Source: Candidatus Fokinia solitaria (GTDB lineage Bacteria > Pseudomonadota > Alphaproteobacteria > Rickettsiales > Midichloriaceae). Taken from it: 32,000 nucleotides of DNA. The stretch lies in NCBI RefSeq assembly GCF_003072485.1, contig NZ_CP025989.1:630001-662000 (forward strand), read 5' to 3'. Below are positions 9,632 to 19,989 of this stretch, piece after piece (the first letter of the stretch is position 1; every line of letters starts with the position of its first letter). The position numbers were made by a program, and so were the translations under genes. The notes under the pieces are model-generated. The model saw nothing but the letters and a program-made list of their open reading frames with translations. It was not told the origin of the DNA and ran no database searches.

Positions 9632-10351
9632 CTAAGCGCACTTCACAACAGAATACTCTTTTGATAGGCCAAATACAATTTCACTTAATATCTTAGGTTT
9701 GTGAATATTACATACTAATAGAGGTAATCCTCCATCTCTAGCCATAGTCATAGCAGTAGAATCTGCAATACCTAATTTTTCTTCAATAGCTTGATCATAA
9801 TTTAACTCTTTATACAACACTGCATTAGGATTTTTCCGAGGATCAGAACAGTATATTCCATCTACACCTGTACCCTTTATCATCACATCACATTTCATTT
9901 CCAAAGCTCTTAACACTGCACCTGTGTCCGTAGTAAAGAATGGATTTCCTGTACCTCCTGAAAAAATTAATACTCTCTTTTTTTCAAGATGTCGTAATCC
10001 TCTTTTAATTACATACTGCTCCGCACACTGCGAAATTGATAATGCAGATTGCAATCTACTCTCAACATTTAACGAATCAAAAACAGACTGTATCGCTATC
10101 GAATTCATCACAGTAGCAAGCATTCCCATCTGATCACTTCTTACCCTCTCTATACCTATTTTAGAAAGAGTTGTTCCTCTACATATATTACCACCTCCTA
10201 CAACGATACAAATACCAATACCTTCGGCATATATTCTCTGCAAATCTTGGCAAATTCTCAAAATAGATGCAAAATCCCAAATAGTACTTGCATCTTCTTG
10301 TCCTCTCAGTGCTTCTCCGGATAGCTTTAACATGATCCTTTTATACTGCAC
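9632..10351 (-). CDS. pyrH: UMP kinase (PyrH)
   Basis: MLKLSGEALRG, VVGGGNICRG, RVLIFSGGTGNPFFTTDTGAVLRALE, VDGIYCSDPRKNP, TAMTMARDGGLPLLVCN. Confidence 0.97.
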   Translation of the reverse strand: MQYKRIMLKLSGEALRGQEDASTIWDFASILRICQDLQRIYAEGIGICIVVGGGNICRGTTLSKIGIERVRSDQMGMLATVMNSIAIQSVFDSLNVESRLQSALSISQCAEQYVIKRGLRHLEKKRVLIFSGGTGNPFFTTDTGAVLRALEMKCDVMIKGTGVDGIYCSDPRKNPNAVLYKELNYDQAIEEKLGIADSTAMTMARDGGLPLLVCNIHKPKILSEIVFGLSKEYSVVKCA

Positions 10352-10587
10352 GATACTATTTTAATAGAGAAGAAAAATACCGTCATAAGATGGCACATTT
10401 TACTAGTAGTGTAAATACTTACGTTAAAGCAGTACTTTATTATGAAATATCATATTACAGTTCTACCCCATACCAATTCAGCAAATTATAGCTATAAATC
10501 ATATGTATGTGAGTTCTTGCGAAATGTTCGCTATAGTATTTCACGTCTTTTCTCCTTATAAACAGAGAAAACATTTTACTTTATGCA

Positions 10588-11214
10588 ATGAAGGAAAAAT
10601 ATAACACCATACCTGTGAAAATTACTGACCTTTCTAAAATATTCAACGGCATAAAAGTACTCACAGATATCAATCTAGAGGTACACGCTGATGAAATTTT
10701 AGGATTATCTGGACCATCTGGCAGTGGAAAATCAACTCTATTACGATGCATTCAAGGATTAGAGAAATGGGATAGCGGCACAATTGATAAAAATGGCACA
10801 AGCGGATTTGTTTTTCAGGATTTTCAGCTGTTTCCTCATAAAACAGTACTGGAGAATCTTACATATGCGCCAATAGTAAACGGAAAAACTGAAGAAAGCT
10901 GTATTACAAAAGCTAATACATTACTAAAAGCGCTTGGTATCGCGGAAAAAGCAGATAGCTTGCCACAGACTCTCTCAGGAGGACAAAAACAGAGAGTCGC
11001 GCTTGCACGTAGTTTAATGCTTGATCCTAATATTTTGCTGTGCGACGAACCTACCTCAGGATTGGATATGGATAGCACTGCTGACGTTGTAACCGTACTA
11101 AAACAAGTACGAGATACCATAGGTATATGTATGATACTTGCTTCTCACGATCAGCATTTTTTATCGCAAATTACAACTAGAATGATAGTACTAAAGCATG
11201 GCATAATACAATAA
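10588..11214 (+). CDS. ABC transporter ATP-binding protein, polar amino acid (GlnQ-like) type
   Basis: Walker A GPSGSGKST, signature LSGGQKQRVALARSL, Walker B ILLCDEPTSGLD, SHD switch; no permease or binding protein adjacent. Confidence 0.93.
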   Translation: MKEKYNTIPVKITDLSKIFNGIKVLTDINLEVHADEILGLSGPSGSGKSTLLRCIQGLEKWDSGTIDKNGTSGFVFQDFQLFPHKTVLENLTYAPIVNGKTEESCITKANTLLKALGIAEKADSLPQTLSGGQKQRVALARSLMLDPNILLCDEPTSGLDMDSTADVVTVLKQVRDTIGICMILASHDQHFLSQITTRMIVLKHGIIQ

Positions 11215-11241
11215 AACTTTACATACGGTATCTAGAAGAAC

Positions 11242-12300
11242 ATGCACTGTTATACGCATACGCCAGTACTACTTGAAGAAGTGCTAACTTATATGATACG
11301 TACCAACGGTAGCATTAGTAATACGGAAGAAGAGTGTGTACTCTGCGACGCAACCTTTGGCGCAGGAGGACATACAGCAGCTTTGATCAAAGAATTGTCA
11401 CATCATAACAAAAAAGCATTATTTTTATGCTCTGACAGAGATGAGAATTCAATCGAATACTTCGAAAAATTACATGAAGACGTTAAACATGAAATGAAAT
11501 TTTCTAATGTAAGATTTAGCGATTTAAATAAAATACTTAACGATACCAATCTTTGTATTAATGGCATGATGGTAGATCTAGGATTTTCATCTATGCAAAT
11601 CGATAACTATAAACGCGGATTTTCGATTCAAAATAATGGACCATTACTTATGACAATGGGATTAAATGATGAAAACGCTAGCACTGCATTAAACACTCTA
11701 TCAATAGATGAACTAGAAAAAATACTACGCATTTATGGCGAAGAACCACGAGCAAAGGCACTTGCACAAGCTATATTTCGGTACAGAAGAAAACTCTCTA
11801 CAACACATGATTTAAAAAATATTGTACACGAAGTTTACGGTTATAAAGGAAAGTACTGCAAAATCGATCCAGCAACTTTAACTTTTCAAGCACTCCGAAT
11901 ACATATCAATCAAGAGTTGTATCAGTTGATGCATGTAATACTTGCAGCAGCTTCACATATTGCTGTCAATGGACGCTTCATAGTAATTACTTTTCATGGA
12001 CTGGAGGATATAGTGGTAAAAGCAATCTTTAGAAGCATCGTTCGAGATCAAAATCTTTCTCTAGAAGAAAGAATAATCAGTAATCTGAATCAAAATATTT
12101 TTTTACTAAATGCAATTGGCAGTCAAAAAGAAGTAGAAGATGAAATAATGCATTCTGTACAACAATACCGTGATAGTATCACTCATAAATCTTTTGCTGT
12201 ATTAAATCGCGGCAGTGTAATTAAAGCTACTTACAAAGAAATTAAGATAAACAGGAGAGCAAGATCCGCTAAAATGCGCATTTTGGAGAGATTATCATAA
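11242..12300 (+). CDS. rsmH: 16S rRNA (cytosine(1402)-N(4))-methyltransferase RsmH (MraW)
   Basis: HTPVLLEEVLTYM, CDATFGAGGHTAALI, MMVDLGFSSMQID, RIHINQELYQLMHVI, FHGLEDIVVKAIFR. Confidence 0.95.
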   Translation: MHCYTHTPVLLEEVLTYMIRTNGSISNTEEECVLCDATFGAGGHTAALIKELSHHNKKALFLCSDRDENSIEYFEKLHEDVKHEMKFSNVRFSDLNKILNDTNLCINGMMVDLGFSSMQIDNYKRGFSIQNNGPLLMTMGLNDENASTALNTLSIDELEKILRIYGEEPRAKALAQAIFRYRRKLSTTHDLKNIVHEVYGYKGKYCKIDPATLTFQALRIHINQELYQLMHVILAAASHIAVNGRFIVITFHGLEDIVVKAIFRSIVRDQNLSLEERIISNLNQNIFLLNAIGSQKEVEDEIMHSVQQYRDSITHKSFAVLNRGSVIKATYKEIKINRRARSAKMRILERLS

Positions 12301-12371
12301 CATTTGGCGTAAAAAAATAACGCTCTTTCTAATTTACTTTACTATTTTTTTATGATATTTGGTTAGAACAT

Positions 12372-12443
12372 TGGGGTGTAGCCAAGTGGCAAGGCACCGG
12401 TTTTTGATACCGGCACTCGGTGGTTCGAATCCATCCACCCCAG
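12372..12443 (+). tRNA. tRNA-Gln (anticodon TTG)
   Basis: Cloverleaf: acceptor TGGGGTG/CACCCCA, anticodon arm CCGGT-TTTTGAT-ACCGG, T arm with TTCGAAT; discriminator G; CCA not encoded. Confidence 0.95.
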
Positions 12444-12464
12444 CGAAGTTTTTGTGGCACACCG

Positions 12465-12764
12465 CTATCTTCCTCTATCTACGGAGTTGATGAAGTCCTT
12501 CCATGCGACAATATTATCAGTGTTGTACCGTAACGTACTAAAATTCTTTTCCTTCATCGCAATAAGCTTTCCTGGACTTTTGAGATATTCAACTTGTAGA
12601 GTAAGTATCTCTACTATCTCTTTTTCATCCTGCACTAACTGCATAAGCTCGTGCACTTCATCTTTTCCTTCTTTTATCATATGCTTGAACAGCACGGTAA
12701 ATATCATACATATAATAGTCAAAAGTATTAGAATTATATGATATTTTATATTTTCGTACTGCAC
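12465..12764 (-). CDS. Small membrane/coiled-coil protein, probable cell-division protein FtsL
   Basis: 99 aa, one N-terminal TM segment then coiled-coil; LTLQVEYLKSPGKLIAMKEKNF resembles the FtsL E(W/Y)xYLxxPxRL motif; next to rsmH but on the opposite strand. Confidence 0.6.
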   Translation of the reverse strand: MQYENIKYHIILILLTIICMIFTVLFKHMIKEGKDEVHELMQLVQDEKEIVEILTLQVEYLKSPGKLIAMKEKNFSTLRYNTDNIVAWKDFINSVDRGR

Positions 12765-12820
12765 TCGCTTCAGACTTGATTATAATGCACGAAAGTAGTA
12801 CAAATTCTTATAGAACGCAA

Positions 12821-12893
12821 GGCGAAGTAGCTCAGTTGGTAGAGCAGCGGGATCATAATCCGCGTGTCGGGGGTTCGAATCCCTCCTCCGCCA
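12821..12893 (+). tRNA. tRNA-Met (anticodon CAT)
   Basis: D arm GCTCAGTTGGTAGAGC, anticodon arm GCGGG-ATCATAA-TCCGC, T arm GGGGG-TTCGAAT-CCCTC, acceptor GGCGAAG/CTCCGCC with one A-C mismatch; CCA not encoded. Elongator type is likely, but CAU-Ile2 cannot be formally excluded. Confidence 0.88.
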
Positions 12894-12934
12894 CCGTATC
12901 ATTGCCACATCAATAAGTAAATCGACATAAATGT

Positions 12935-14200
12935 GTGATGTTGAGTAAAGTGAAACTTCACAACTTCCGCAATCACAAATTACGCGAAATTATCGGTAAT
13001 TCACCATGTAATATCATACTTGGTAGAAACGGTTCTGGCAAAACATCTATCTTAGAATCAATATCCTTACTGTGCGCAGGACGCAATCTACGCGGCGCTA
13101 CATACAGCGAAATGCTACTTAATCCTATGATAAATTTCGGTCATTCACAAATCGAAGATGAGATAAAAGCAGACACCTGGCAAGTAAAGTATTTCTTCGA
13201 ATCTCAGAACAAGAACACGCTTTCTAATGAGATAGAGATGGAATATACAAAAGAACAAATAAATAAAATTATCACACTAAATGGTAAGAGGATTAAAAAC
13301 ATATCCGAATTAAAAGGACTATGCTCTTTTATTTACTTAACTCCTAAAAACGAAATGATATTTGCTTGCGCGACTTCCGAACGCAGATCATTTTTCGATC
13401 GGATGATACATGGTATTTTCCCTTCGCATGCATCGCTGTTATCGCAATATAACCACCATATAAAATCAAGATTACAGACTCTAAAAACATCACATGATCC
13501 ACTATGGCTTGACGCAATAGAAAATTCATTAGCGAGATTAGCAGCAGAAATAACCCTAAATAGAGGGCGTTTTATCAGACTAATGCAATACTCGTATAAC
13601 ATGATATTGAGTGGCAGCACCGAGGTCGATTATATTAAGAAGCTCTTCTCTGAAATTCCATTTATTCATCTCGAATTAAAAAGCCAAATATTCAATGAAT
13701 GTGAAAGCTTTTCAGAATATTATCGCGATCTAAAACACATGCATGATGCTACTTTTTCGATCTCTGATGATATAATGAAATTTCTTGATGATACACTCAT
13801 ATCCCGCATACAGGAAAAATATAAATCTGCAAGAAAAGAAGATGTATTATTGAAAAAAAGCACTTTCGGTTCTCATAAAGAGGACTTTATAGTATTCTTA
13901 AGCGATGAGAGATTCGACATTAAGTATTGCTCTGTCGGAGAGCAAAAATTATGCACAATGGTTGTACTACTAACGTATGCAAATTTAATCCATAACTTAA
14001 ATATGGAAGATTCTCAATTTTTCAGTAATGTGATACTGTTACTAGACGATGTAATATCGAGGTTAGATCAAAGATATCAGACAATCCTTTTGGATGCCTT
14101 ATACAGATTAGGCGTGCAAAGCTGGATTACCGCGCCGCAGTTGGAAATCCTTAATCACGCTAGTACAATCACTTCGCTACTGAATATCATTACGTTATAG
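12935..14200 (+). CDS. recF: DNA replication and repair protein RecF
   Basis: MLSKVKLHNFRNH, ILGRNGSGKTSILESISLLCAGRNLRG, RRSFFDRMI, SVGEQKLCTMVVLLTYA, ILLLDDVISRLDQ. Confidence 0.92.
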   Translation: MMLSKVKLHNFRNHKLREIIGNSPCNIILGRNGSGKTSILESISLLCAGRNLRGATYSEMLLNPMINFGHSQIEDEIKADTWQVKYFFESQNKNTLSNEIEMEYTKEQINKIITLNGKRIKNISELKGLCSFIYLTPKNEMIFACATSERRSFFDRMIHGIFPSHASLLSQYNHHIKSRLQTLKTSHDPLWLDAIENSLARLAAEITLNRGRFIRLMQYSYNMILSGSTEVDYIKKLFSEIPFIHLELKSQIFNECESFSEYYRDLKHMHDATFSISDDIMKFLDDTLISRIQEKYKSARKEDVLLKKSTFGSHKEDFIVFLSDERFDIKYCSVGEQKLCTMVVLLTYANLIHNLNMEDSQFFSNVILLLDDVISRLDQRYQTILLDALYRLGVQSWITAPQLEILNHASTITSLLNIITL

Positions 14201-14203
14201 AGT

Positions 14204-14695
14204 ATGAGATATTTGCTAATAATCGCTTTACTGGCCATATTTCGCCAAGGTAGTGCATTAGAAGAACAGCAGTACGATGACATTACTCCTAAGCTTGTAG
14301 AAAATACTGAAGCAGTAAACTCCGATACAGTAAGTGAAATCGTAAATAAAATACCAAAAGTACAAAGTGTGCAAGAAAAAAAGACTATCACGCACAATAC
14401 CGCACAATTCACAATACTTGATGTAAATTATGGCTCTCATGTCACCAAATCACTACATATTGATGAAGTAATCACAGTAGATAAGCTACGCTTTACCTTA
14501 CTCAATCCGTGCTTGCAAGTGTGCAATAACTGCGCAACAAATATACCAAGTATTTTTAATACTTATTTCGTATTACTGAAGGTTGAAGATGAAACAGAAA
14601 CACAGTACACGGAATATCTTGATTCAATGCATTTAAAAATACTATTCATCCCTAAGTATGGAATTTCCATTATGCTTGATAAATGTCTCTCGTAA
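14204..14695 (+). CDS. Small secreted/periplasmic protein, possibly DUF2155-like
   Basis: Signal-like N-terminus (MRYLLIIALLAIFRQGSA); layout of the domain after TAQFTILDVNYG with a Cys-containing NPCLQVC stretch is only loosely reminiscent of DUF2155; starts 4 nt after recF. Confidence 0.55.
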   Translation: MRYLLIIALLAIFRQGSALEEQQYDDITPKLVENTEAVNSDTVSEIVNKIPKVQSVQEKKTITHNTAQFTILDVNYGSHVTKSLHIDEVITVDKLRFTLLNPCLQVCNNCATNIPSIFNTYFVLLKVEDETETQYTEYLDSMHLKILFIPKYGISIMLDKCLS

Positions 14696-14700
14696 AGTAT

Positions 14701-16782
14701 TTACTTCACTTGCAAGCTATTAGAATGCGCTATCATAGCTAAAGAGTTATTTGATATTTGATCTCCTGCATAAAAATTGCTTACTGGATACGTGAGATCT
14801 CTTTTTTTTAAGCTGGCAACACGAGGAATAGTAACATCTTTCCTCTCTAACACACGATGCATATTCTCTTGCTTCAAGAAATCGCTTTTCATAGCTATTT
14901 TAGCTCGCACATCTTCCAATGAGTGGAAATTTAACTCAATTTTTAATCTTTCAGCAATTTCAGTTACTATCATCCATTCTTGTTTAGACACTCCAAGCGG
15001 AGGTACAGCTTGGTAAGTAGATTGCAAACGTCCCTCAAGATTGACATACATCGCTTTTTTTTCCGAATATGCAGGAGAAGGTAGTACTAAATCTGCTCTA
15101 CGAATAGCTTTATCTGCATGATGTCCGATATATACTACAAATACGTCGTCTGCAATTGCTTCAATATTCACATCATCAGCGCCAAACAGCAACAGTACAT
15201 TAGATTTTCGTAACATTACGTCTACAGTACTTTCTATTTCACCAATATCTGAAAAGCTTTCTCCGAAATTTGTCGTAAAGTCTAAATCTAACGCTCCAAC
15301 TCTCGAAGGCTTCGTATTCAATACATTAAAGCCATTCCAATCGTCTTTTATAAGACCGTATTTTTGAGCAATTTTATAAGAGTAGTATAAGACTGCATGG
15401 CCATCATATTGATGCTTTAATATGTTTGTACCAAGTACTAGCATAGGATTTTTAGCGTGCAACAATCGCCTTGCATACTCATGCTTACCTTCGTATATCG
15501 CCTTCAACAAGGCACTTTCACATCCTAAATATGTATACGGATAATTTGCTGCAAATCTGTTACCTAAAACTGATATTTTAAGTTTTCCATGAATTACTGC
15601 TTTTCTAAGTCTTGCATTTAAAATCGCTGCCTCAAGTCTTGGATTTGTACCAATTAATAAACACTCATCGCTGCTTTCTATACTTTGAATCGTCGTATTA
15701 AAGACGTAACTTCCGCGTCCAAATGATGATTCAATGATACTTCCTTCCTCTCTACAATCAAAAAACCAATTTTTTTTATGACTACATAACTCCTTTATAG
15801 CAAAAATACTCTCTATATCAGAATAATGACCTACTAAAGCTGAAACTACAGCTGCATGACTCAGTACTGTACATAATTTATCATATGCTTCATCCCATGA
15901 AATAGATTCATGACGCTTCATAACTTTATTAAACCATACTGGCTCTACCAATCTTTGATATTTCAAACCATCATAATTAAATCTTGCTTTATCTGAGATC
16001 CACTCTTCGTTAATATACTCGCACTCGCGCGGTAATACTCGCATTACTTGATGTCCTCTGACATGAAGCATGGTGTTTGAACATACCGCATCAGACAGAT
16101 CAATAGAAGGTATCTTAGTAAGTTCCCATGCTCTTGCAGTATATGCATAAAGTGCAGAATTTAAAGCGCCTACAGGACATAAGTCTATAATATTACCAGA
16201 AAGCTCTGACGTAATACCTTTACATACGGCATCAGAAATTTTGTATGTATCAATATGCATGTCTTCTCCCTTACCAAGTGCTACAAGCTCACTCGTACCA
16301 GCTACTTCATCTAAAAATCTCACACATCTCATACAATGTATACATCTTGTCATGTGAGTCTCTATAAAAGAGCCGAAATCTTTATGCTGTATCGTTCTTT
16401 TTTCCTCTTTATACCTTGAATGACATTTACCATACTTAAATGCCTGATCTTGCAAATCACATTCTCCACCCTTGTCGCATATTGGACAATCTAACGGATG
16501 GTTAATCAAGAGAAATTCTAAAATACCTGATCTTGCCTGATTCACAAGTGCTGTATTAGTGTATATATGCATACCATCGCTTATAACTTGCACGCAACTT
16601 GCTACAAGCTTTGGATTTTCTCCGATTTGAACAAGGCACATTCTGCAATTTCCAGCAATACTAAGTCGTTTATGGTAGCAAAATCTAGGTATTGTCATAC
16701 CAATCATCTCGCATGCCTGCATAATAGTAACGCATTCCTCGAATTCATATAATTGGTCATTTATATACACTTTTATTGACAC
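14701..16782 (-). CDS. nuoG: NADH-quinone oxidoreductase subunit G
   Basis: 2Fe-2S/4Fe-4S ligand motifs CRMCLVQIG, CPICDKGGECDLQD, HCIRCMRCVRF, ELSGNIIDLCPVGAL. Confidence 0.95.
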   Translation of the reverse strand: MSIKVYINDQLYEFEECVTIMQACEMIGMTIPRFCYHKRLSIAGNCRMCLVQIGENPKLVASCVQVISDGMHIYTNTALVNQARSGILEFLLINHPLDCPICDKGGECDLQDQAFKYGKCHSRYKEEKRTIQHKDFGSFIETHMTRCIHCMRCVRFLDEVAGTSELVALGKGEDMHIDTYKISDAVCKGITSELSGNIIDLCPVGALNSALYAYTARAWELTKIPSIDLSDAVCSNTMLHVRGHQVMRVLPRECEYINEEWISDKARFNYDGLKYQRLVEPVWFNKVMKRHESISWDEAYDKLCTVLSHAAVVSALVGHYSDIESIFAIKELCSHKKNWFFDCREEGSIIESSFGRGSYVFNTTIQSIESSDECLLIGTNPRLEAAILNARLRKAVIHGKLKISVLGNRFAANYPYTYLGCESALLKAIYEGKHEYARRLLHAKNPMLVLGTNILKHQYDGHAVLYYSYKIAQKYGLIKDDWNGFNVLNTKPSRVGALDLDFTTNFGESFSDIGEIESTVDVMLRKSNVLLLFGADDVNIEAIADDVFVVYIGHHADKAIRRADLVLPSPAYSEKKAMYVNLEGRLQSTYQAVPPLGVSKQEWMIVTEIAERLKIELNFHSLEDVRAKIAMKSDFLKQENMHRVLERKDVTIPRVASLKKRDLTYPVSNFYAGDQISNNSLAMIAHSNSLQVK

Positions 16783-16823
16783 CGGAGTATGAAATTTACG
16801 TTATATATAAGAGCATACAAAAC

Positions 16824-17858
16824 CTATTTTTTTGTATCAATAATACTACTTACAAGCTTTACCAATCTTTCTTGTATCGGCAGTGCTGTATCGTTCTTCG
16901 CATTTTCGCGATACATTTCTTCAAGCAATACAAATCCTGTAGGAGAAGTGACATTAATCTCCGTAATATAATCTCCTATCAGATCAATCCCCGCGATAAA
17001 AATGCCATCTTCTTTTAACTTCCGCGCGATCTTATCACACATCGCAATTTCGCTATCAGTCAGCTTCACGGCAGCAATACTTGCACCTTGATATATATTC
17101 GCAAGAAAATTACCACTAGAAGGTATTCTGCTAAATGCGCCAACTATTTCTCCATCTATTACGAACACGCGTTTGTCTCCGCTTAAAATAGCACTGATAA
17201 ACGCTTGAACTACAACATGCTCTGCAAATCCATCAATATATTTACGTATGCCATTTGCTGCCTCTTCGTCATCTTTATATACTACTTGATTTGTAGTATG
17301 TGATTCGCTTTTTCCATATGACATTCGTATCGCACCATGCCCTGAATATTCATATAATGGTTTTAGCACTACATCTAAGTGCTTTTTCAGAAAACTCAAT
17401 ATCTCTCCTACTTCTCGTGTAATAATGGTATTTGGTAAATACCCCACTGCTATACTGAATGGAAAGATCTTCTCTGAATTATTCCTCACACCTCTTGGAG
17501 AATTTATTATCGGCACATCAACATGTTCCAATAAAAATGTAGAGGTAATGTATAACATATTAAAAGGAGGATCTTGCCTTAACAATATGCACTTTACTTC
17601 ATCAAGATGAAGTTCTTGTAAATCACTCACTCTACTCCACTGAGTTCCGCTGTATAAAACATATTCTAACTTTATAAAATACCCTCTTGCGCACAAACTT
17701 TTTTTGCCATTCAAACTTGATAGACGCATAGTATCTACTGTGTACCAAAAGATCTCATACCCGTTCTTGTATAGACCATCTGCTAAGAATAGACTTGTAT
17801 CTGTTCTAATCTTCAATGTTTCTAAAGGATCTCCTTGGATAGCTATAATTTTTCTCAT
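16824..17858 (-). CDS. gshB: Glutathione synthetase
   Basis: ATP-grasp ORF: LRQDPPFNMLYITSTFLLEH, DVVLKPLYEYSGHGAIRM, GDKRVFVIDGEIVGAFSRIP, GIDLIGDYITEINVTSPTGF. Confidence 0.93.
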   Translation of the reverse strand: MRKIIAIQGDPLETLKIRTDTSLFLADGLYKNGYEIFWYTVDTMRLSSLNGKKSLCARGYFIKLEYVLYSGTQWSRVSDLQELHLDEVKCILLRQDPPFNMLYITSTFLLEHVDVPIINSPRGVRNNSEKIFPFSIAVGYLPNTIITREVGEILSFLKKHLDVVLKPLYEYSGHGAIRMSYGKSESHTTNQVVYKDDEEAANGIRKYIDGFAEHVVVQAFISAILSGDKRVFVIDGEIVGAFSRIPSSGNFLANIYQGASIAAVKLTDSEIAMCDKIARKLKEDGIFIAGIDLIGDYITEINVTSPTGFVLLEEMYRENAKNDTALPIQERLVKLVSSIIDTKK

Positions 17859-18430
17859 CTTCTTCTATGTCGAAATTCATGAGGTAATAATGAAAGCATT
17901 TTAATATCCGGAAATCCACCTCTTATAAGTCGATAGCCGCGCATCACTCCTTCTTCTTGAAAACCAACATCATGCAATAGATTCAATGACGGTTGATTAT
18001 CATGTAGCGTCTTTGCTGATATTCTATATAAATCCATTACATTAAAACCAAAATTCAGCACTTCTATAATGGCGCGTTTCATAATACCACGCCTCCAATA
18101 ATTTGGATCAAGATCATAGCAAATTTCAGCTTTTCTACTATAAACATTGTAATCAAAAAAGCCTATCGTGCCTATTAAAAAATCCGTCTCCTTTATAGTA
18201 ATCCCCCAAAAAACAGAAAGCGATCTATGAAATAGATCTCGCCAATATATCACACTAAGCATTGCATCTCTCTCACTTTTGGGCATATCTTCATCAGAAA
18301 GTTTCATCGCTACTCTCGGATCTGTATATATTTCGTAGTAGCGTTTATAATCGGATGTGGACAATTCACGTAATACAATCTCTCCTATTTCTATAGTAGG
18401 AAATTCTGCAAAGATATTTTGTTTCTTCAC
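17855..18430 (-). CDS. GNAT family (RimJ/RimL-like) N-acetyltransferase
   Basis: LRELSTSDYKRYYEIYTDP, GTIGFFDYNVYSRKAEICYDLDPNYWRRGIMKRAIIEVLNFGFNVMDLYRISAKT; 4-nt overlap with gshB. Confidence 0.88.
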   Translation of the reverse strand: MKKQNIFAEFPTIEIGEIVLRELSTSDYKRYYEIYTDPRVAMKLSDEDMPKSERDAMLSVIYWRDLFHRSLSVFWGITIKETDFLIGTIGFFDYNVYSRKAEICYDLDPNYWRRGIMKRAIIEVLNFGFNVMDLYRISAKTLHDNQPSLNLLHDVGFQEEGVMRGYRLIRGGFPDIKMLSLLPHEFRHRRR

Positions 18431-18474
18431 TAACAGTGTGATAGAAATACTGATAATATCGATGATATACGATT

Positions 18475-19989
18475 ATGTCTTTTGAGTACAATAGCAAATT
18501 CTACGTAACCACTCCTATATATTATGCCAATGGTGAGCCACACCTCGGACATTTGTATACTACGGTAATAGCTGACGTAATCGCGAAATATAATAGATTA
18601 CAGAAACGAGATGTGTGCTTTGCAACTGGTATGGATGAGCACGGACAAAAAGTAGAATTAACGGCAAGAAAACTCAAAGTACATCCGCAAAGTAGAGTAG
18701 ATGAGATAGCAGATAAATTTTCCGCTTTATATAAAGCTGCTGACATTACTTACGATGCTTTTATCAGAACAACAGAAATGAGACATAAGGATTTCGTAGT
18801 ATCCGTATGGAATATCTTATATGAAAGAGGATGGATATACAAAGGAGAGTACTCAGGCTGGTATGCAGAACGAGATGAGGCTTTTTACTCTGAAGAAGAG
18901 ATAGTAAATGGTAAAGCGCCAACTGGTGCAGATGTAGTATTTTGCTCTGAAGAATGCTATTTCTTCAAGCTATCAGCATTACAAGAAGAACTATTAAAAA
19001 TCTATCGCGATGAGAGAATCGTCATACAGCCAAAACTAAAGCTTAATGAAGTCGTAAGCTTCATCGAAAGAGGATTGAAAGATTTGTGTATATCTCGAAA
19101 TAATACTAAGTGGGGAATACCTGTACCAAATGCTACAGAACAAACTATATATGTATGGATTGATGCTCTTATGAACTATGCTTCCACTCTTTCACAGAAT
19201 TTTGAGTCTAAATACTGGCCATGTGATGTACAGGTTATTGGTAAAGATATACTTATATTTCATACTGTATATTGGCCGGCACTACTCATAGCGCTGAATA
19301 TTCAAGACTTACCTCTCAAAATATTAGTACATGGATGGTGGCTCAACGATGGACAGAAAATGTCAAAATCCTTAAACAACGTAATAGCGCCACAGAACTT
19401 AATAGATAAATATACATCGGACTACGTTAGATACTTCCTCATAAGAGAAACTAGAATCGGACATGACGCAAGTTATAGTGATGCTAACTTACAAAAACTG
19501 GTTAATGCTGAATTAGTCAATAACATTGGTAACTTAGCACAAAGAAGCGTGATGTTTGTACAAAAGTATATGGATAATACTTGTCAGAGACCTTCAGATT
19601 ACGACGACAATATGCTGCAACAAACGTATGGTTTAGTCTCATCATATGTAAAATACATGGAAGCACTCAAATTTCACGAGGCAATTGATATCATCATGAA
19701 AATATCAGAAATAGCCAATAAATATTTTAATGAAAAACAGCCATGGCATAAAAAAGACAAACAAGCAGAACTACATTTCATTTTATTTCACACTCTAGAA
19801 CTAGTAAGAGTGATTGGCATTCTACTGCAGCCGTTTATACCGCACGGCGCGGCAAGACTGCTATCTATTTTTTACCTTCAAAAGATATCAAATATAACGT
19901 TTGATATGGCATCTGCCGCATTTATGTTTGATCAACTACGTATTGATAAACAGTTTTATCAAGTTTTTCCAAGAATAGTTAATGAGTAA
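18475..19989 (+). CDS. metG: Methionyl-tRNA synthetase
   Basis: FYVTTPIYYANGEPHLGHLYTTVIADVIAKY, FATGMDEHGQKV, IDALMNYAS, KDILIFHTVYWPALL, DGQKMSKSLNNVI (KMSKS). Confidence 0.97.
   Translation: MSFEYNSKFYVTTPIYYANGEPHLGHLYTTVIADVIAKYNRLQKRDVCFATGMDEHGQKVELTARKLKVHPQSRVDEIADKFSALYKAADITYDAFIRTTEMRHKDFVVSVWNILYERGWIYKGEYSGWYAERDEAFYSEEEIVNGKAPTGADVVFCSEECYFFKLSALQEELLKIYRDERIVIQPKLKLNEVVSFIERGLKDLCISRNNTKWGIPVPNATEQTIYVWIDALMNYASTLSQNFESKYWPCDVQVIGKDILIFHTVYWPALLIALNIQDLPLKILVHGWWLNDGQKMSKSLNNVIAPQNLIDKYTSDYVRYFLIRETRIGHDASYSDANLQKLVNAELVNNIGNLAQRSVMFVQKYMDNTCQRPSDYDDNMLQQTYGLVSSYVKYMEALKFHEAIDIIMKISEIANKYFNEKQPWHKKDKQAELHFILFHTLELVRVIGILLQPFIPHGAARLLSIFYLQKISNITFDMASAAFMFDQLRIDKQFYQVFPRIVNE

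Noticed and set aside
14204-16782. ORFs overlapping nuoG and the DUF-like gene on the opposite strand (e.g. 14155-14412, 14258-14440, 14777-15016, 16567-16752)
   Set aside because: Embedded in well-supported genes on the other strand with no motifs of their own.
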